A stretch of DNA of 64,000 nucleotides from the human T2T-CHM13v2.0 reference genome, Homo sapiens, in NCBI RefSeq assembly GCF_009914755.1, contig NC_060937.1. The stretch is one strand, 5' to 3'. Under the pieces are notes generated by a model that made no database searches, was not told the DNA's origin, and saw nothing but the letters and a program-made list of their open reading frames with translations. Made by a program: the position numbers and the translations under genes. Below, in pieces: positions 13,796 to 28,302 of the stretch. Each line of letters starts with the position of its first letter. Positions within the stretch are counted from its first letter, which is position 1.

Positions 13796-16700
13796 TCAAT
13801 GTACTCAAACTATATATTATGTGCGGTACATAAGATATCAAAGTACCCATACTATATAGTATATACTGTACTTAAAATATCAAAATACCCAAAATATATA
13901 TTATATACGTTACATAAACTATCAAATACACAAAGTATGTATTATATACTGTACATAAAATAGCAAAGTTCCCAAAATATGTATTATATACTGTACATAA
14001 AATATGAAAGTACCCAACCATTTATAATAAAGTCTACATAAAATACCAAAGTACCCAAACTGTGTATTATATACTGTCCATAAAATATCAAAGGACCCAA
14101 AATATATATTGTAAACTCTACATAAAATATCAAAGTAGCCAAAATACATATTGTATACTGTACATAAAATATAAAAGTACCCCAAATATATATTATATAC
14201 TGTACATAAAATATCAAAGTACCCATAATACATATTATATACTGTACATAAAATATCAAAGGACCCAAAATAAACATTATATACTGTACATAAAATATCC
14301 AAATACTCAAAATATATATTACATACTGTACATAAAATATCAAAGTACCCAAATTATGTATTATGTACTGTACGTAAAATATCAGAGTACCCAAATATGC
14401 ATTATATACTGTACATAAAAAATGAAAGTAACAAAACATTTATAATAAACTGTACATAAAATATCAAAGTACTCAAACTATATATCATATACTGTACATA
14501 AAATATCAAAGTACCCAAACTGTGTATTATTATATACTGTATATAAAATATCAAAGTACCTGAAATATATACTGTATACTGTACATAAAATATCAAAGTA
14601 CCCAAAATATATACTATATACTGTACATAAAATATGAAGGTACATCAAATATATATTATATCCTGTACATAAAATATCAAAGTACACCTATTATATATTG
14701 TGTACTGTACATAATATATTAAATCGCCCAAATATATATTGTATACTGTATATAAAATATGAAGGTACTTCAAATATATATTATATGCTGCACATAAAAT
14801 ATCAAAGTACCCAAAGAATGCATTACATACTGTACATAAAATATCAAAATACACATGTTATCTATTATATAATGTACATAAAATATGAAGGTTCATCAAA
14901 TATATATTATATTCTGTACATAATATATCAAAGTACATCAAATATATATTATATACTGTACATAAAATATCAAAGTACCAAAAATATGTATTATATACTG
15001 TACATAAAACATGAAAGTAACCAAACATTTATAATAAACTGTACATAAAATATCAAAGTACTCAATCTACATATTATATACAGTATATAAAATATCAAAG
15101 TACACAAACTGTATATTATATACTGTACATAATATATCAAAGTACCCAGAATATATAGCATACTGTACATACAATATCAAAGTACCCAGAATGTATATTG
15201 TATTCTGTACATAAAATATGAATGTACATCAAAGATATATTATATTCTGTACATAAAATATCAAAGTACACCAAATATATATTATATGCTGTACATAATA
15301 TATTAAAGTTGCCCATGCATACATTTTATACTGTACATAAAATATGAAGGTACATCAAATATATAGTATATGCTGCACATAAAATATCAAAGTACCCAAA
15401 GTATGTATTATATACTGTACATAAAATATCAAAGTACCAAAAGTATATATTACCTACTGTAAATAAAATATGAAGATACCTCAAATATATATTATATTCT
15501 GTACATGAAATATCAAAGTACACCAAGTATATACTATATAGTCTACATAAAATATTAAATTACCCAAAATATGTATTGTATTGTGTACATAAAATATGAA
15601 AGTAACCAAACATTTATAATAAACTGTACATAAAATATCAAAGTACTCAAACTTTATATTATATACTGTACATAAAGTATCAAAGTACCCAAACTGTGTA
15701 GTATATACTGTACATAAAATATCAAGGTACCCAAAATGTATATTGTAAACTGTAGATAAAATATCAAAGTACCCAAAATATATATTATATACTGTACATA
15801 AAATATGAAGGCTCATCCAATATATATTATATTCTGTACATAAAATATCAAAGTACACCAAATGTATATTATATACTGTACATAAAATATAAAACTACCC
15901 CAAATATATCTTATATACTCTACATAAAATATCAAAGTACCCAAAATATATATTATATACTGTACATAAAATATCAAAGTACCCATAGTATGTATTATAT
16001 CCTGTACATAAAATATGAAGGTACATCAAATATATATTCTATTCTGCACATAAAATATCATATTGCACCAAATATATATTGTATACTGTATATAAAATAT
16101 GAAGGTACTTCAAATATATATTATATGCTGCACATAAAATATCAAAGTACCCAAAGTATGCATTATATACTGTACATAAAATATCAAAGTACCCAAAGTG
16201 TATATTATATACTGTACATAAAATATGAAGGTTCATCAAATATATTTTATATTCTGCACATAATATATCAAAGTACAGCAAATATATATTATATACTGTA
16301 CATAAAATATCAAAGTACCCAAAATATGTATTATATACTGTACATAAAATATGAAAGTAACCAAACATTTATAATAAACTGTACATAAAATATCAAAGTA
16401 CTCAAACTACATATTATATACAGTATATAAAATGTCAAAGTACCCAAACTGTATATTATATACTGTACATAATATATCAAAGTACCCGAATATATAGCAT
16501 ACTGTACATAAAATATCAAAGTACCCAAAATATATATTGTATACTGTACATAAAATATGAAGGTACATCAAAGATATATTATATTCTGTACATAAAATAT
16601 CAAAGTACACCAAATATATATTATATGCTGTACAGAATATATTAAAGTCGACCAAATATATATTATATACTGTACATAAAATATGAAGGTACATCAAATA

Positions 16701-19319
16701 TATATTATATGCTGCACATAAAATATCAAAGTACCCAAAGTATGTATTATATACTGTACATAAAATATCAAAGTACCCAAAGTATATATTATATACTGTA
16801 CATAAAATATAAAATACCCCAAATATATATTATATCCTGTACATAAAATATCAAAGTACCCAAAATATATATTGTAAATTGTACATAAAATATCAAAGTA
16901 GCCAAAATATATATTGTATACTGTACATAAAATATGAAGGTACATCAAATATATATTATATCCTGTACATAAAATATCAAAGTACCCAAAATATATATTG
17001 TAAATTGTACATAAAATATCAAAGTAGCCAAAATATATATTGTATACTGTACATAAAATATAAAAGTACCCCAAATATGTATTATATACTGTACATAAAA
17101 TATCAAAGTACCGATAATACATATTATATACTGTACATAAAATATCAAAGGACCCAAAATAAACATTATATACTGTACATAAAATATCCAAATACTCAAA
17201 ATATATATTACATACTGTACATAAAATATCAAAGTACCCAAATTATGTATTATATACTGTACGTAAAATATCAGAGTACCCAAAATATGCATTATATACT
17301 GTACATAAAATATGAAAGTAACAAAACATTTATAATAAACTGTACATAAAATATCAAAGTACTCAAACTATATATCATATACTGTACATAAAATATCAAA
17401 GTACCCAAACTGTATATTATTATATACTGTATATAAAATATCAAAGTACCTGAAATATATATTGTATACTGTACATAAAATATCAAAGTACCCAAAATAT
17501 ATACTATATACTGTACATAAAATATGAAGGTACATAAATATATATTATATCCTGTACATAAAATATCAAAGTACACCTATTATATATTGTGTACTCTACA
17601 TAATATATTAAGTCGCCCAAATATATATTGTATACTGTATATAAAATATGAAGGTACTTCAAATATATATTATATGCTGCACATAAAATATCAAAGTACC
17701 CAAGGTATGCATTACATACTGTACATAAAATATCAAAGTACACATATTATATATTATATAATATACATAAAATATGAAGGTTCATCAAATATATATTATA
17801 TTCTGTACATAATATATCAAAGTACATCAAATATATATTATATACTGTACATAAAATATCAAAGTACCAAAAATATGTATTATATACTGTACATAAAATA
17901 TGAAAGTAACCAAACATTTATAATATACTGTACATAAAATATCAAAGTACTCAGTCTACATATTACATACAGTATATAAAATATCAAAGTACACACACTG
18001 TATATTATATACTGTACATAATATATCAAAGTACCCAGAATATATAACATACTGTACATAAAATATCAAAGTACCCGAAATATATATGGTATACTGTACA
18101 TAAAATATGAAGGTACATCAAAGATATATTATATTCTGTACATAAAATATCAAACTACACCAAATATATATTATATGCTGTACATAATATATTAAAGTTG
18201 CCCAAATACACATTCTATACTGTACATAAAATATGAACGTACATCAAATATATAGTATATGCTGCACATAAAATATCAAAGTACCCAAAGTATGTATTAT
18301 ACACTGTACATAAAATATCAAAGTACCAAAAGTATATATTACATACTGTAAATAAAATATGAAGGTACCTCAAATATATATTATATTCTGTACATAAAAT
18401 ATCAAAGTCCACCAAGTATATACTATATACTCTGCATAAAATATTAAATTACCCAAAATATGTATTGCATTGTGTACATAAAATATGAAAGTAACCAAAC
18501 ATTTATAATAAACTGTACATAAAATATCAAAGTACTCAAACTGTATATTATATACTGTACATAAAGTATCAAAGTACCCAAACTGTGTAGTATATACTGT
18601 ACATAAAATATCAAGGTACCCAAAATATATATTGTAAACTGTAGATTAAATATCAAAGTACCCAAAATATATATTATATACTGTACATAAAATATGAAGG
18701 CACATCCAATATATACTATATTCTGTACATAAAATATCAAAGTACACCAAATGTATATTATATACTGTACATAAAATATCAAAGTACCCAAAGTGTATAT
18801 TATATACTGTACATAAAATATGAAGGTTCATCAAATATATTTTATATTCTGCACATAATATATCAAAGTACAGCAAATATATATTATATACTGTACATAA
18901 AATATCAAAGTACCCAAAATATGTATTATATACTGTACATAAAATATGAAAGTAACCAAACATTTATAATAAACTTTACATAAAGTATCAAAGTACTCAA
19001 ACTACATATTATATACAGTATATAAAATATCAAAGTACCCCAACTGTATATTATATACTGTACATAATATATCAAAGTACCCAAATATATAGCATACTGT
19101 ACATAAAATATCAAAGTACCCAAAATATATATTATATACTGTACATAAAATATCAAAATACCCAAAATATATATTATATACTGTACATAAATTACCAAAG
19201 TACCCAAAGTATATATTATGTAACGTACAAAAAATATCAAAGTAGCCAAAATATGTATTATACACTGTACTTAATATATGAAAGTACCCAAACATTTATA
19301 ATAAACTGTAAATAAAATA
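13796..19319 (+). repeat. Fused HOR variants U6+U7 (5,524 bp): 7-monomer insertion, junction deletion with a 126-bp duplication, and a 9-monomer deletion
   Basis: Insert at 15880-16173. The TATGTGCGG marker block is missing near 16.8 kb. A 116-bp identical pair lies at 16820-16935 and 16946-17061. An offset change of 377 bp occurs near 19120. Recurs at 37414-42937 and, starting within U6, at about 52080-56794. Confidence 0.82.
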
Positions 19320-22300
19320 TCAATGTACTCAAACTATATATTATGTGCGGTACATAAGATATCAAAGTACCCATGCTATATAGTATATACTGTACTTAAA
19401 ATATCAAAATACCCAAAATATATATTATATACGTTACATAAACTATCAAATACACAAAGTATGTATTATATACTGTACATAAAATAGCAAAGTTCCCAAA
19501 ATATGTATTATATACTGTACGTAAAATATGAAAGTACCCAACCATTTATAATAAACTCTACATAAAATACCAAAGTACCCAAACTGTGTATTATATACTG
19601 TCCATAAAATATCAAAGGACCCAAAATATATATTGTAAACTCTACATAAAATATCAAAGTAGCCAAAATACATATTGTATACTGTACATAAAATATAAAA
19701 GTACCCCAAATATATATTATATACTGTACATAAAATATCAAAGTACCCATAATACATATTATATACTGTACATAAAATATCAAAGGACCCAAAATAAACA
19801 TTATATACTGTACATAAAATATCCAAATACTCAAAATATATATTACATACTGTACATAAAATATCAAAGTACCCAAATTATGTATTATATACTGTATATA
19901 AAATATCAGAGTACCCAAAATATGCATTATATACTGTACATAAAATATGAAGGTACATCAAATATATAGTATATGCTGCACATAAAATATCAAAGTACCC
20001 AAAGTATGTATTATATACTGTACATAAAATATCAAAGTACCAAAAGTATATATTACCTACTGTAAATAAAATATGAAGATACCTCAAATATATATTATAT
20101 TCTGTACATAAAATATCAAAGTGCACCAAGTATATACTATATACTCTACATAAAATATTAAATTACCCAAAATATGTATTGTATTGTGTACATAGAATAT
20201 GAAAGTAACCAAACATTTATAATAAACTGTACATAAAATATCAAAGTACTCAAACTTTATATTATATACTGTACATAAAGTATCAAAGTACCCAAACTGT
20301 GTAGTATATACTGTACATGAAATATCAAGGTACCCAAAATGTATATTGTAAACTGTAGATAAAATATCAAAGTACCCAAAATATATATTATATACTGTAC
20401 ATAAAATATGAAGGCACATCCAATATATATTATATTCTGTACATAAAATATCAAAGTACACCAAATGTATATTATATACTGTACATAAAATATAAAACTA
20501 CCCCAAATATATCTTATATACTCTACATAAAATATCAAAGTACCCAAAATATATATTATATACTGTACATAAAATATCAAAGTACCCATAGTATGTATTA
20601 TATCCTGTACATAAAATATGAAGGTACGTCAAATATATATTCTATTCTGCACATAAAATATCATATTGCACCAAATATATATTGTATACTGTATATAAAA
20701 TATGAAGGTACTTCAAATATATATTATATGCTGCACATAAAATATCAAAGTACCCAAAGTATGCATTATATACTGTACATAAAATATCAAAGTACCCAAA
20801 GTGTATATTATATACTGTACATAAATTATGAAGGTTCATCAAATATATTTTATATTCTGCACATAATATATCAAAGTACAGCAAATATATATTATATATT
20901 GTACATAAAATAACAAAGTACCAAAAATATGTATTATATACTGTACATAAAATATGAAAGCAACCAAATATTTATAATAAACTGTATATAAAATATCAAA
21001 GTACTCAAACTACATATTATATACAGTATATAAAATATCAAAGTACCCAAACTATATATTATATACTGTACATACTATATCAAAGTACCCAAATATATAG
21101 CATACTGTCCATAAAATATCAAAGTACCCAATATATATATTGTATACTGTACATAAAATATGAAGGTACATCAAAGATATATTATATCCTGTACATAAAA
21201 TATCAAAGTACACCAAATATATATTATATGCTGTACATAATATATTAAAGTCGACCAAATATATATTATATACTGTACATAAAATATGAAGGTACCTCAA
21301 CTATATATTATATGCTGCACATAAATTATCAAAGTACCCAAAGTATGTATTATATACTGTACATAAAATATCAAAGTACCCAAAGTATATATTATATACT
21401 GTACATAAAATATAAAATACCCCAAATATATATTATATGCTGTACATAAAATATCAAAGTACACAAAATATGTATTATGTACTGTACATACAATATAAAG
21501 GACCCAAAATATATACTATATACTGTACATAAAATATCAAAATACCCAAAATATATATTATATACTGTACATAAAATACCAAAGTACCCAAAGTATATAT
21601 TATATACCGTACAAAAAATATCAAAGTAGCCAAAATATGTATTATACACTGTACATAATATATGAAAGTACCCAAACATTTATAATAAACTGTACATAAA
21701 ATATCAATGTACTCAAACTATGTATTATGTGCGGTACATAACATATCAAATTATCCATACTATATAGTATGTACTGCACTTAAAATATCAAAATACCCAA
21801 AATATATATTATATACGTTACATAAACTATCAAATACACAAAGTATGTATTATATACTGTACATAAAATAGCAAAGTTCCCAAAATATGTATTATATACT
21901 GTACATAAAATATGAAAGTACCCAACCATTTATAATAAACTCTACATAAAATACCAAAGTACCCAAACTGTGTATTATATACTGTCCATAAAATATCAAA
22001 GTACCCAAAATATATATTGTAAACTCTACATAAAATATCAAAGTAGCCAAAATACATATTTTATACTGTACATAAAATATGAAAGTACCCCAAATATGTA
22101 TTATATACTGTACATAAAATATCAAAGTACCCATAATACATATTATATACTGTATATAAAATATCAAAGGACCCAAAATAAACATTATATACTGTACATA
22201 AAATATCCAAATACTCAAAATATATATTACGTACTGTACATAAAATATCAAAGTACCCAAATTATGTATTATATACTGTACGTAAAATATCAGAGTACCC

Positions 22301-25300
22301 AAAATATGCATTATATACTGTACATAAAATATGAAAGTAACAATACATTTATAATAAACTGTACAAAAAATATCAAAGTACTCAAACTATATATCATATA
22401 CTGTACATAAAATATCAAAGTACCCAAACTGTGTATTATTATATACTGTATATAAAATATCAAATACCTGAAATATATATTGTATACTGTACATAAAATA
22501 TCAAAGTACCCAAAATATATACTATATACTGTACATAAAATATGAAGGTACATCAAATATATATTATATCCTGTACATAAAATATCAAAGTACACCTATT
22601 ATATATTGTGTACTGTACATAATATATTAAATCGCCCAAATATATATTGTATACTGTATATAAAATATGAAGGTACTTCAAATATATATTATATGCTGCA
22701 CATAAAATATCAAAGTACCCAAAGTATGCATTACATACTGTACATAAAATATCAAAGTACACATATTATATATTATATAATGTACATAAAATATGAAGGT
22801 TCATCAAATATATATTATATTCTGTACATAATATATCAAAGTACATAAAATATATATTATATACGGTACATAAAATATCAAAGTACCAAAAATATGTATT
22901 ATATACTGTACATAAAACATGAAAGTAACCAAACATTTATAATAAACTGTACATTAAATATCAAAGTACTCAATGTACATAATATATACAGTATATAAAA
23001 TATCAAAGTACACAAACTGTATATTATATACTGTACATAATATATCAAAGTACCCAGAATATATAGCATACTGTACATAAAATATCAAAGTACCCAAAAT
23101 ATATATTGTATACTGTACATAAAATATGAAGGTACATCAAAGATATATTATATTCTGTACATAAAATATCAAAGTACACCAAATATATATTATATGCTGT
23201 ACATAGTATATTAAAGTTGCCCGTATATACATTATATACTGTACATAAAATATGAACGTACATCAAATATATAGTATATGCTGCACATAAAATATCAAAG
23301 TACCCAAAGTATGTATTATACACTGTACATAAAATATCAAAGTACCAAAAGTATATATTACATACTGTAAATAAAATATGAAGGTACCTCAAATATATAT
23401 TATATTCTGTACATAAAATATCAAAGTACACCAAGTATATACTATATACTCTGCATAAAATATTAAATTACCCAAAATATGTATTGTATTGTGTACATAA
23501 AATATGAAAGTAACCAAACATTTATAATAAACTGTACATAAAATATCAAAGTACTCAAACTGTATATTATATACTGTACATAAAGTATCAAAGTACCCAA
23601 ACTGTGTAGTATATACTGTACATAAAATATCAAGGTACCCAAAATATATATTGTAAACTGTAGATAAAATATCAAAGTACCCAAAATATATATTATATAC
23701 TGTACATAAAATGTGAAGGCACATCCAATATATATTATATTCTGTACATAAAATATCAAAGTACACCAAATGTATATTATATACTGTACATAAAATATCA
23801 AAGTACCCAATGTGTATATTATATACTGTACATAAAATATGAAGGTTCATCAAATATGTTTTATATTCTGCACATAATATATCAAAGTACAGCAAATATA
23901 TATTATATACTGTACATAAAATATCAAAGTACCCAAAATATGTATTATATACTGTACATAAAATATGAAAGTAACCAAACATTTATAATAAACTGTACAT
24001 AAAGTATCAAAGTACTCAAACTACATATTATATACAGTATATAAAATGTCAAAGTACCCAAACTGTATATTATATACTGTACATAATATATCAAAGTACC
24101 CGAATATATAGCATACTGTACATAAAATATCAAAGTACCCAAAGTGTGTTTTATACACTGCACATAAAATATGAAGGTACATAAAATATATATTGTATTC
24201 TGTACATAAAATATCAAAGTACTCCAAATATATATTATATGCTGTACATAATATATTAAAGTCGCCCAAATATATATTATATACTGTGCATAAAATATGA
24301 AGGTACATCAAATATATATTATATGCTGCACATAAAATATCAAAGTACCCAAAGTATGTGTTATATACTGTACATAAAATATCAAAGTACCCAAAGTATA
24401 TATTATATACTGTACATAAAATATAAAATACCCCAAATATATATTATATGCTGTACATAAAATATCAAAGTACACAAAATATGTATTATATACTGTACAT
24501 AAAATACCAAAGGACCCAAAATATATATTATATACTGTACATAAAATATCAAAATTCCCAAAATATATATTATATACTGTACATAAAATACCAAAGTACC
24601 CAAAGTATATATTATATACCGTACAAAAAATATCAAAGTAGCCAAAATATGTATTATACACTGTACATAATATATGAAAGTACCCAAACATTTATAATAA
24701 ACTGTACATAAAATATCAATGTACTCAAACTATATATTATGTGCGGTACATAAGATATCAAAGTACCCATACTATATAGTATATACTGTACTTAAAATAT
24801 CAAAATACCCAAAATATATATTATATACGTTACATAAACTATCAAGTACACAAAGTATGTATTATATACTGTACATAAAATAGCAAAGTTCCCAAAATAT
24901 GTAATATATATATTATAAATATGTACATAAAATATGAAAGTATCCAACCATTTATAATAAACTCTACATAAAACACCAAAGTACCCAAACTGTGTATTAT
25001 ATACTGTCCATAAAATATCAAAGTACCCAAAATATATATTGTAAACTGTACATAAAATATCAAAGTAGCCAAAATACATATTGTATACTGTACATAAAAT
25101 ATAAAAGTACCCCAAATATATATTATATACTGTACATAAAATATCAAAGTACCCATAATACATATTATATACTGTACATAAAATATCAAAGGACCCAAAA
25201 TAAACATTATATACTGTACATAAAATATCCAAATACTCAAAATATATATTACATACTGTACATAAAATATCAAAGTACCCAAATTATGTATTATATACTG

Positions 25301-28300
25301 TACGTAAAATATCAGAGTACCCAAAATATGCATTATATACTGTACATAAAATATGAAAGTAACAAAACATTTATAATAAACTGTACATAAAATATCAAAG
25401 TACTCAAACTATATATCATATACTGTACATAAAATATCAAAGTACCCAAAATATATATTGTATACTGTACATAAAATATGAAGGTACATCAAAGATATAT
25501 TATATTCTGTACATAAAATATCAAACTACACCAAATATATATTATATCCTGTACATAATATATTAAAGTTGCCCATATATACATTCTATACTGTACATAA
25601 AATATGAACGTACATCAAATATATAGTATATGCTGCACATAAAATATCAAAGTACCCAAAGTATGTATTATACACTGTACATAAAATATCAAAGTACCAA
25701 AAGTATATATTACATACTGTAAATAAAATATGAAGGTACCTCAAATATATATTATATTCTATACATAAAATATCAAAGTACACCAAGTATATACTATATA
25801 CTCTGCATAAAATATTAAATTACCCAAAATATGTATTGCATTGTGTACATAAAATATGAAAGTAACCAAACGTTTATAATAAACTGTACATAAAATATCA
25901 AAGTACTCAAACTGTATATTATATACTGTACATAAAGTATCAAAGTACCCAAACTGTGTAGTATATATTGTACATAAAATATCAAGGTACCCAAAATATA
26001 TATTGTAAACTGTAGATAAAATATCAAAGTACCCAAAATATATATTATATACTGTACATGAAATATGAAGGCACATCCAATATATATTATACTCTGTACA
26101 TAAAATATCAAAGTACACCAAATGTATATTATATACTGTACATAAAATATGAAAGTACCCAAAGTGTATATTATATACTGTACATAAACTATGAAGGTTC
26201 ATCAAATATATTTTATATTCTGCACATAATATATCAAAGTACAGCAAATATATATTATATACTGTACATAAAATATCAAAGTACCCAAAATATGTATTAT
26301 ATACTGTACATAAAATATGAAAGTAAGCAAACATTTATAATAAACTGTACATAAAGTATCAAAGTACTCAAACTACATATTATATACAGTATATAAAATA
26401 TCAAAGTACCCAAACTGTATATTATATACTGTACATAATATATCAAAGTACCCGAATATATAGCATACTCCACATAAAATATCAAAGTACCCAAAGTTTG
26501 TATTATACACTGCACATAAAATATGGAGGTACATCAAAGATATATTATATTCTGTACATAAAATATCAAAGTACACCAAATATATATTATATGCTGTACA
26601 TAATATATTAAAGTCGACCAAATATATATTATATACTGTACATAAAATATGAAGGTACATCAAATATATATTATATGCTGCACATAAAATATCAAAGTAC
26701 CCAAAGTATGTGTTATATACTGTACATAAAATATCAAAGTACCCAAAGTATATATTATATACTGTACATAAAATATAAAATACCCCAAATATATATTATA
26801 TGCTCTACATAAAATATCAAAGTACACAAAATATGTATTATATACTGTACATAAAATACCAAAGGACCCAAAATATATATTATATACTGTACATAAAATA
26901 TCAAAATACCCAAAATATATATTATATACTGTACATAAAATACCAAAGTACCCAAAGTATATATTATATACCGTACAAAAAATATCAAAGTAGCCAAAAT
27001 ATGTATTATACACTGTACATAATATATGAAAGTACCCAAACATTTATAATAAACTGTACATAAAATATCAATGTACTCAAACTATATATTATGTGCGGTA
27101 CATAAGATATCAAAGTACCCATACTATATAGTATATACTGTACTTAAAATATCAAAATACCCAAAATATATATTATATACGTTACATAAACTATCACATA
27201 CACAAAGTATGTATTATATACTGTACATAAAATAGCAAAGTTCCCAAAATATGTATTATATACTGTACATAAAATATGAAAGTACCCAACCATTCATAAT
27301 AAAGTCTACATAAAATACCAAAGTACCCAAACTGTGTATTATATACTGTCCATAAAATATCAAAGGACCCAAAATATATATTGTAAACTCTACATAAAAT
27401 ATCAAAGTAGCCAAAATACATATTGTATACTGTACATAAAATATAAAAGTACCCAAAATATATATTATATACTGTACATAAAATATCAAAGTACCCATAA
27501 TACATATTATATACTGTACATAAAATATCAAAGGACCCAAAATAAACATTATATACTGTACATAAAATATCCAAATACTCAAAATATATATTACATACTG
27601 TACATAAAATATCAAAGTACCCAAATTATGTATTATATACTGTACGTAAAATATCAGAGTACCCAAAATATGCATTATATACTGTACATAAAAAATGAAA
27701 GTAACAAAACATTTATAATAAACTGTACATAAAATATCAAAGTACTCAAACTATATATCATATACTGTACATAAAATATCAAAGTACCCAAACTGTGTAT
27801 TATTATATACTGTATATAAAATATCAAAGTACCTGAAATATATATTGTATACTGTACATAAAATATCAAAGTACCCAAAATATATACTATATACTGTACA
27901 TAAAATATGAAGGTACATCAAATATATATTATATCCTGTACATAAAATATCAAAGTACACCTATTATATATTGTGTACTGTACATAATATATTAAATCGC
28001 CCAAATATATATCGTATACTGTATATAAAATATGAAGGTACTTCAAATATATATTGTATGCTGCACATAAAATATCAAAGTACCCAAAGAATGCATTACA
28101 TACTGTACATAAAATATCAAGGTACACAAATTATATATTATATACTGTACATAAAATATGTAGGTTCATCAAATATATTTTATATTCTGTACATAATATA
28201 TCAAAGTACATCAAATATATATTATATACTGTACATAAAATATCAAAGTACCCAAAATATGTATTATATACTGTACATAAAACATGAAAGTAACCAAACA

Positions 28301-28302
28301 TT

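Larger units (their letters stand above)
21..19319 (+). repeat. 19,299-bp macro-unit (copy A) made of seven variant HOR units U1-U7
   Basis: The marker TCAATGTACTCAAAC occurs at 21, 2405, 5417, 7769, 10782, 13796 and 19320 (spacings 2384, 3012, 2352, 3013, 3014, 5524). The same series restarts at 19320. The ORF track recurs at +19,299 (147 to 19446, 2531 to 21830, 5493 to 24792). Confidence 0.9.
4685..28302 (+). repeat. Copy 1 of a 23,618-bp tandem duplication
   Basis: Every ORF-track entry from 4722 to 28287 recurs at exactly +23,618 with apparently identical translation. The boundaries are uncertain by about 20 bp because of junction homology. Confidence 0.88.
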
